Source: Nageia nagi (taxonomy: Eukaryota > Plantae > Pinophyta). From it: 64,000 nt of DNA. Shown one piece after another: positions 51,501 through 60,500 of this stretch (position 1 is its first letter; each line of letters starts with the position of its first letter). The notes under the pieces are model-generated. The model made no database searches. It was not told the origin of the DNA and saw only the letters and a program-made list of their open reading frames with translations. The translations under genes were made by a program, and so were the position numbers. The stretch covers positions 89,404,001 through 89,468,000 of the forward strand of contig JBITNC010000001.1 of assembly GCA_050084985.1 (NCBI GenBank), written 5' to 3'.

Positions 51501-54500
51501 AGCTGTGTTCAAGCACTCATTCAAAACTGTGTGCCTAGGATTGCAAGGTGAAATTGATCAAGTGCAAGGCGCTAGGAGTTGAGAGGAGAGGATGACAAGT
51601 GGCAAGCATGCACCCTGCCATGCATTCACCCTCCATGCATCTCATATAAAAGGGGAAGCAACTATCATTCGGAGTGTTGGAGGTCCTATAGCCCAGGTTT
51701 GTACGTCTGGTTCTACATTACTGCATTCTTCACAACGTCCAGACTCGTTCCTAGGTCCTTCTGAGGGCATTATCAAATAATCCTACATGGCTTCCAGTAT
51801 TAGACAACCTCCATCAAGGGCCAGGAAAATTCAAGGGCAACTATTTGAGAGACATGTAACCAAGAGCCAGATGACCCGACTTTTGAAGGAGAGCCTGATT
51901 GAGTTTCAGGAGAAAGAGAGGCCAGAGCTCTCTGAGGCCAAATTCAAAGGGAGATACATCTCTGTTGGTGATACAAACTGGGGAAACTTGGACCCCATCC
52001 AGACTTTAGCTTGCACAGCCTCCATCAGTAAGGAAGACTTATCACAAGAGCTCATCCACACATGTGGCTTGTTCAACGCCACAATGATGCCTTTTGCAGT
52101 ACCTTTTCCTGACTTGTGCTACAAGGTTGCTAGGAAATGTGAATATGACAAGAGAGTCCTATGGGACACAAAAGGCAATGTAACCATGGACTTCTCCCGT
52201 GCTGGAATTGAAGAAGCCTTTGGCTGGAGAAGGTATGGGGACGATTACACTTTGGCATACTCTAAAGAATTCCATGATTCCATGTCCCGGCCTGAGGACT
52301 ACATTTGGCCTTGGTTGCTGGAAGATTGCCAAAATCTTCAAGGTCAGATGCTGATCACCGCTTGTAGAGAGGAGTTCTTGCCTATTGTAGCCAAGCTGAT
52401 CACTCTCTTATTGAGGGTTACTATTCAGGAGAATGATACTAAGTATAGGAGGGAGTTCACAGGCTTCATTGGAGTTATAAGCTCGAGGAGAGCTATCCGA
52501 TGGGCTGGGGTAATCAATGATGCCCTACGCCACCAATTAGCCTATTTCGGCTCTTCAAAGAGATTCTATATGAATTCCTATCTTGTATACCTGTTATTGC
52601 ATGGCAAGGTTAGATCCAAGGGGCTGACCGATGAAAGATATCTAGGACAAAAGAGCACCCTTGTGTGGCAAGCTTATCCAAAGTGGTGGTACTAGAACAA
52701 GTTCCAACATTTATGTGAGAGGAATGATCATTGGAAGTATGATATCTATAAAGATATCAAAAGGGAGTTCGTGGTAAAGAGGATTTCTAATGCAACCATT
52801 CAAGCTATCAGTGTACATGCGGATTTCTTCCTACAGAACGTTGACCATACTTTCATCATAGTCTATGGCTCAAAGGAGTGACCCCTACTCTTGCCAGGAT
52901 ATGTCAGTGACAGGCTTATCCTCATGGAGTTTTCTTGTCAGCTCTTGTTCTTGAAAGAGAAAGTTTGGAAGAAGAAGAATGCGACCATCAACTTGCAAAT
53001 CTCTATTGCAAGATATGTGTATCAAACATGGGTTGAGGCAACCAATATGAAGAAGGAGCTGCAGCAGTATGCCTTTTCCAAGGAGGCGACTGTAAGAAAC
53101 TATGATCCTAGGGCTATAATTGCACATTTCTACGACACTGCATTCCACAAACCTATTGCGTTTCTGCATAAGTCTTTGGGGAATGTGGAGAAGTACCAGA
53201 ACGTGCAGGATGAGGAGGAGATTGTGAGGATAGATGCTCTTTTGAGAAAGAAAAAGGCTCCCCTCCAAGCAAAAAAAACCACCTCAAAGACCCTGAACCA
53301 CAAAGCCTAGATCTAGGGAGGTCTCTCTTAGGATCAAGTCGTCTCCTTGTCTTGCTCGTACTGCATCTCTACCAGGCAAGACGTCCTTGCTTCCTATTGG
53401 AAAGAAGCAAGAGGTTTTGAGGGAACACATTTTAGGTCCCAGCAAGTGCAGTGTAGTGATGGTTGATCTCAAGGATGATGGCTATCACACTCTCCCGTCG
53501 GATATGCTACATGTAGTGGATGAGGCTTGTGCCAGTGATTCACCCACAAAAACGGTTCCGGTCTCTTCGAGGCTCACTCATTCTCCTAGATGTAGGGAGA
53601 AAGTTCCTCCTTTGCAACGAAGTTCCAGTTCCAGTTCTGAACGTTCCACTTCCTCTTTCGACGAAGAGACTGATGAAGAGCCTGGTCGTACAGCAAAAGA
53701 TTCTCGAGAAGAATCGGAAAGCCATGGTGGAAAAGAAGAAGAGGAGGAAGAAGAAGAAGATGATGTTACCGTTGTCCCAAGAAGATGTAGCTATAGGTGC
53801 ATCTGCACCCAATGAGATAGATTGAAACTCTCCCGGACGATAATGAGATAGTGGACATTGGAACATACGATGATGACATCCATATTGTTGGAGAAAAGTG
53901 TGCTAGAGAGGTGGGTGCCTCTAAACCCTCTCTTGCTGAGCATAGGAAGAAGTCCCCTTCCTCTTCGCATAAATCCTCCACAAAGAGGACGAGCCATGAG
54001 TGATCTCCCCAAGCATGAAACAAAGGTATATCTATAGGCGTTGATGGAGGAGATGAGGAGGATGAAGGAGAGACTGAGGAACATAAAAAGGAGAGAAGGT
54101 AGGAAGAGCACCAAGGCAAGGAGATTGCCGTAGTTCAGACCACTCCAGCGAAAGAGGTTAAGAAGATCAACAAAGGGCGATTATTGGTTCAGAGATTCCC
54201 TCCCCAGCCAGCAATCGAGCATCCAAATCTTGACCTAGATGCTTGCCTTAGAGCCCTCAACATGAGCATGACTCATGATGAAGATATAGACTAGGACCTG
54301 CGTTCTAAAGATGAGGAGGAAGAGCTTTTGGATGGTGAGAAGATTCGAAGGGTTGACACGTTTGTCTCCACCTCTTGAAAGGAAATCTCCATCAGCCATT
54401 GCTATTCGAAAGAGAACCATCTTCAGAGAGCAGAAGACTGTGTCATCGAGACATTCAAGATGCCGGTAAAGTTAAGATTGACCGCCCATAAACATATTGT

Positions 54501-57500
54501 CACCCAGAATGTTGCAGTCATGGAGCAGGAGGGGTACGAAGCCAAGGAGGTGAAGGGGTTGAAAAAGGAACTCACGGCTATCAGGAAAATCATCAAGGAG
54601 TTCCAAAAGGTCAGTACCACCACCTTCAATCTGCAGAAACAAACTTCCTTCCATGAGGGATGAGAATTGATGGAGCAGGTGAAAAAGGAAATGATGGAGG
54701 TCATCGAGAGATTGTCTTCTCGAATTTACAAGCTCCTTGCTAAAGGTGTGGAAGTCAAGGACCTTAAGACGCAAATTTCAGCACACCTTGGCACTATGAA
54801 TAGCCATCTTCCCAACTTCTCCCATTTGCAACATATTTATGCTGATAGTCCCGAGAAGCTAGTCTACGACCACGAGTTCACATACCATCATGATTGGTTG
54901 AACCACGCACTTGAAAAATGCAACGCAGTTTTGAAAATCAAAATCCCCTTGAGAAAGGAAGTCGAGGAACAAATGAGTGAATATGTCTATCAGCTCAAGT
55001 TCCAAGGGGAGGACAACAATGTGAGAAAGGAGGAGGTGGTATTGGCAGAGGCTTAGAACCAGATAGAGGAGCACCTTGACATCAATGACCTCAGTTTGCA
55101 GAAGGCAAGGCATCTTATCATCCATGAGAGGCGGATGGTCATCTGGAGACACCAGATGCAGGCTACATCGAAGAAGATAGAAGACTACTTTCGACTGAAT
55201 GGTAGCACCGTTGGCATGATTTCCAAGGGTGTAGGAGACCATTGAGTCGTACGCTCTCACTAATGAGGAGTTGAACTCCGCCAGTATTGGATCAGATTTG
55301 GCTTATGTCCGATCCACCCGTAGATTCTGTTTGCGGTATCTTTTCTTTTGTTAAATGCATATTTGATGGTGGTTGTTATGTCAGACTCTATTTCATTTGA
55401 TTTGACTGGTGCAGGGATGAGTTTTTGCTCCCAGTAGGTCAAATCAGTCAGACTTATTTATTACTTTGGCGGGTGCAGAGATGACGTTTTGCTCCTATCG
55501 GTTCCGATGTCAGACTTCTTTATTGCATATCTGATTTACTTTTGAGTAGTTTAGAGATAGATTAACTGCATGTTAGTTGTGGCATTTATGTTTTGTCAGA
55601 CTTTTAAGTGCTGCTTGCATCAATTCATGTAAGCAATCTCATTTTGTATCGGTATGTGTGTTGTGTGTGTGCACACCATATCAGATCTGATGCCTTTAAG
55701 GCAACACTTCTAGTGGCCTATTTATACCCCATCCTAGCCATTTAGAAGGGGATTTTTGCATTTGGGATTTTTGCACTTGAAATACTACATGATATTATGC
55801 ATTGTTGCATATGTGAGACTTTGCACTTGATGGAAATATTGCATATTGAGGATATTGCATTTTTGGGATGCTAGCTACAAGCTTCTATGTGTGTAAGAAT
55901 TTTTGAGTTGTTGCATTCTTAAGCATTTACATTCCATTGCATAGAGGTTCGTTGTATAAAGGGGTTTATGCATGTTCATCATTGAATATTATTATGAATG
56001 TATGTCTTTTGAGGAATGAGATTATAAAGTTAATAATATGAAGGATGTCATTTGTGGGATCATGCATATATGAGAAACTTTCCATTTGGAATTTTATATT
56101 GAATATTCATTGAAGTGGTTTGAGTTTTCTTCGCATGGTTTGCACGTAAGTGGATGTATTATGAGGCTTATAGCTTGTCTTTATATCATTCAGTTAGGTT
56201 CTTGCACTCATGCCCTCATTTCATTTATTTTTCCCACCAAGTGTTTCACCAAGACCCTATAGCTTCTTGCTCTCGTCTGGTAGTGATTTTAGCATATTTT
56301 TCTATTTGTTGCCCGACTTGATAGTGGTTACATTGACCTTAATGAATCTGAAGATGACGTGCCGAGACATTGCATCACTAGTGATACCTTCATAAGTTCA
56401 TCCTTCCTCGTATTTCTTTGCATTTACCCATGTGTTTTGTCCCTGCATTTGTGATCTTTCTTTGCTTTCGTTCACATTTGTAGTTTTTCTTTATTGTGGA
56501 AAGGAACTCTGGTGTCATATTTCCCTTGTATACGGTTAACAACATGCATCTCTGACTACTGTGCCTTCAAGACCATGTTCCATGTGAGTGCTTGGGGTAA
56601 CTAGTCCTTTCAGGCGGAAACAAGTAACACTGTTTCCTCTAAGTCTTGTGCATGTTTTGGACTAGGAAAGAAAAACATACCAACACCTCCTCAATCTATC
56701 AAAGTTGGTGAAGTAGGTTGTGATAAGCCTAGACTGTCAGGGATGGAAGATTTTTGGATGAGAGCTCCTTTGTCAACGAAATTGGATTGTGTCTTTGATG
56801 TAAAGTCCAAGGCTGTGTTGGTCCTCATAATTGAAAAATGTGGGTAGAGAGCGTGATTCACCCCTGAAGAGGTAGTGGAATCTCCCTCGAATCTCATAGT
56901 AGATCAGACAATGGAAAATAAAGTGATGTAGAGTTCTACTTCCCCCAGGGAGCCAAATATACATATTTGTTCCTCCCTTAGTATATGGTGATCTTTCTCA
57001 ACACGAAGTTGGTGGGAGCACACTCGAAGTTTTCCAATGGAAACCTTTATGCCATGTGTCATAGGTTGCCGAAGGTATTGAGGAGGCACTATCCGACCAT
57101 CTTGAATATGAAGAAAGTGCTCTTTATAGAAGGATAGCTTGGGGGCGAGAGGTGTAACAGGAGATATCCAAGTGCAATGGGTGTATTGAAGAGTGAAATC
57201 TGTTAGAATCTCACAAAGTATCTTTGACTGTATTGGAGAGAATTCAAGATCACATGCCCCAAAATATAAAAAAAAAGATATAGAGCTTGATGAAGGCTTG
57301 CACAATTGCTCTTATTAAGATTATGCAAGATGTTAGGTAAAATTAAATATGTTTTGAAAAACATATGATGGTCAAACCTATTGTGATATGGTTGGAGACT
57401 TGTTGCTGCCCCAAGGGCTGAAAAGATTAGGCGAAAGCATTGATGAGCATGCTCTCTTTGATCGATGGAAATGGTATTGATTGCTTGTTTTGCTTTTGAG

Positions 57501-60500
57501 GTGCTTGTGAAAACCTATGCTGAGCAAACATCTTGTAGCAAGAAAATATTAGATGAAAACTAATAAAAAACCTTAAAATTGCCTTTACCTTGATGAATTG
57601 CGGTATTCATGCTGAGGAATCTTGAAATTGATAGTTCTAATGATACAATCGATCTGTAATTTTGAGTTGTCTCTTGTAGTGGGCAATTGAAGATCACATT
57701 TAAATAGATAATCATGAAAATATAAAACAAGAATGTGTTTTATTTAGGGATTTCCTTTGATTCGCATGGTCATTTTTTCTATTTTGTCATGTCTTATCTA
57801 CCTAGATAAGAGTAATCAAAGTTTTCTTATAGGTATGGCACATATTGCATGCGCTATGATACATCAACAATAATTTTATGCTTGGGGGTCCAACTATTTT
57901 AGATAGTTATATCATGATCTCTTCCTCTTCACCATGAAAGGGAAAAAAATATTATCCATGCTTTATGATTGTAGATATGGGCCTTGGATCATATCATCGT
58001 TCTTCATCCACAAGGGCTTCTATATGCTATTGATGACATTAAGCTATCTTTTTAGGCTAGGTGGGTTCCTTTTGATTCCAAAACGATTACTCGAGGTATT
58101 GAGCATGGGAGATACGTGTTAGATGTATTTGATGGAGGAGGAGATGGTGTGCAGACCTTACTTGGGATTCGCTTGCTGGGAAGAGGACTTCCATGAGATG
58201 ATTCGCATACAATAGAGTTGCTAGTTGCAGAGTCAACACATGCTCGTGGAATTATATTATCCAAAGTGGGTATCGAGGTAGTTTGAGTTTCCGTAGGATG
58301 TACCAAAGGAGGGCTCCATATATAACTCGTTATACTACAAAGAGAGATCTTCTTGAGGAGGCCATCCATTACCCCACTTGAATTGTTGAACTTGATTGCA
58401 ATTCACTTGCAAACAGTGATGATGACATAGAGGATCTTAGATGTACAATGCATATAGGGATTGGTGGATAGCTATGAGGCAACCACCCTTAGTTTTTTAT
58501 GAGGGGGATCCCATGGATGTTGAGGAGCATGTAGGTGGTGGACATAGTGGTACTGTGAGGTATAACAATGAAGAGGATGAGGATGCTTCAATAGCTTTAA
58601 GGGTGATTCAGTTTCATATAGATCAAATGGTAGGAGGGTGATCCATGTAAGTATTTCAATACATCCAAGGTAAATGATAAAGATAAATGACAAAATATTT
58701 ATGTCTTGATATTTGGTTTTGCAACTAGTGTCGAGGAGTGGTGTTACCTTATTCAAGATACCATCATGTCTAGGGGAGGAGAAGATGTGCGAGCTTGGTT
58801 TTCCGAGAGTGGGCTAGACAACAATGCATTCGCCTTGGTGATGGAGTTGCTTGAAAGGAGAGAGAGGATGTGGGATCTAGATGGATAGGTTCAGTAATTG
58901 CCCTCAGAGGTACAACTATAGACAAAGGTGGCTAGGTGAGAGGTGAACTATTTAGCTCAAGCTAGCATGCCCTTGTTGGGGGATACATGGACTACGTATT
59001 AAGTGGAAATATAAGAGCTTCAAGGTGTTGCTTGTCGAGTTATGGGATATAAAGAGGTTGCTAATTTAGTACATGGGAAAGTAAAACAGCTTTTTCTCTT
59101 AGGGTACCAAGGGGAAATTCAAATGAGGATTGTCTTCAGGGAGTATAATGGATATGTTAGTGCAACAACCATTGGGTCGGGAAGTGCAACCTAGGGAGGA
59201 TGCAAATGAGGAAGGGGGAGAGAACTAGTCTCTTTGCTAGTTGTTGTACATTATTATATTGTATCAAGTTTTGAAAAATATTTAATACAAACATTGATTT
59301 TTGTATGAAAGTTGTGTTCATAACACATGATAATAACTGTTATAAAAAAAAAAGGGAATTGTACATTGTATATATGATGGTTAAGATGTTTCATAATTTT
59401 GGCAATTTAAATATGTAACAAGGTTTTGAAAGAACATTGAAATATATATATATATATATCAAAAAATAATAATGTTGTGGATAAAAAAATAAACAAGATG
59501 AAATAGGCTATAAAGGGCAACAAAGAAACTGTATTAGACAAGGAAAGATGATAGAAATTGAAACAAACAAAAATGTTAGAAAACAAAATTTGAAGATTTT
59601 GATTATATTACTAAACTTCGGAAGAAACTTTGGAAAAATGATAACTATGGGATTGTCCTTGAAGACCTTTTTGTTTCTGCTGAGCAAATCGCCATGCTGA
59701 AATGGCTGTAAAATCCTTGGGCATTGCCTCATAATCCCATGTTCTAGGTGCTTTGGTTCTAGAGCAACCACGATTGGCACCTTTCTATCTTAGAATGCCT
59801 GCATTGTGGGACAAATTGCATTTGAATCAATTGTTATGCTGAGGATGTTCTTATACCTTATTTTTGCTACTAGATATAAACTTATAAAACTTTTTAAGTT
59901 TTTATCAATATGTTTCACAACTACTGGTGGTAAGGGATAATTGAAAATTCCCATTTCTTGCTTTGCGGATGAATGTTGAGCATGTTAAACAAGTTGATTA
60001 GATTGTATCAGAAGACATTTGGAGAAGCCAATATCAATTGCATTAATGAGAAAAATAGGTTTAATTACATGTAGAAGTGAGAGTTACATTGCCATACACT
60101 AACCACCTTAGAACTAATTATTTATGAAACCCGTAATAGTAATAATGCCATTGTATTATTTATTGACCATTTATTGTAGATACCTAAATGTATTATTAAT
60201 TCTAACACTCCCCTTTAATACATTAGGTCTTCAAAGAATAAAAGAGGATGTTCTGAAAGTATTCAAACTTTCCACAGTCATGAAATAAGAATGAAATACT
60301 AGTTAAACCTGAAACACTAAAAAATTTCAAAATTCTCTTACTGGCTATTGCTCTAAAACTGTTCCTTGCTGAATTTCAGTATTTCTCCACTAGAAAAATT
60401 TGTGCTGTCGTTCTTGTGCAAGGAAGTTGCCATAATTTTTTCTCTTTGCAAAAGCATTGCAATCATTGATTGAGTAAATTCGTTGATTAATCTAGGTTTC

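Larger units (their letters stand above)
49974..56685 (+). mobile_element. Giant solo-LTR-like coding element, copy 2 (6712 bp, uninterrupted)
   Basis: Begins TGTTGTGCTTGCACAACACCCCCCAAA, ends GAAAAACATACCAACA; TSD CTTCC (49969-49973) / CCTCC (56686-56690); no gag/pol, no terminal direct repeats seen. Confidence 0.9.

Noticed and set aside
50154-51535. CRISPR-like appearance of spaced palindromic repeats
   Set aside because: Eukaryotic TE context, degenerate units, irregular spacing and no cas genes.
49974-56685. Giant element as a DNA transposon (Ginger, Polinton, CACTA)
   Set aside because: Only a 5-bp terminal inverted match and a 5-bp TSD, with no transposase, integrase or polymerase motifs.
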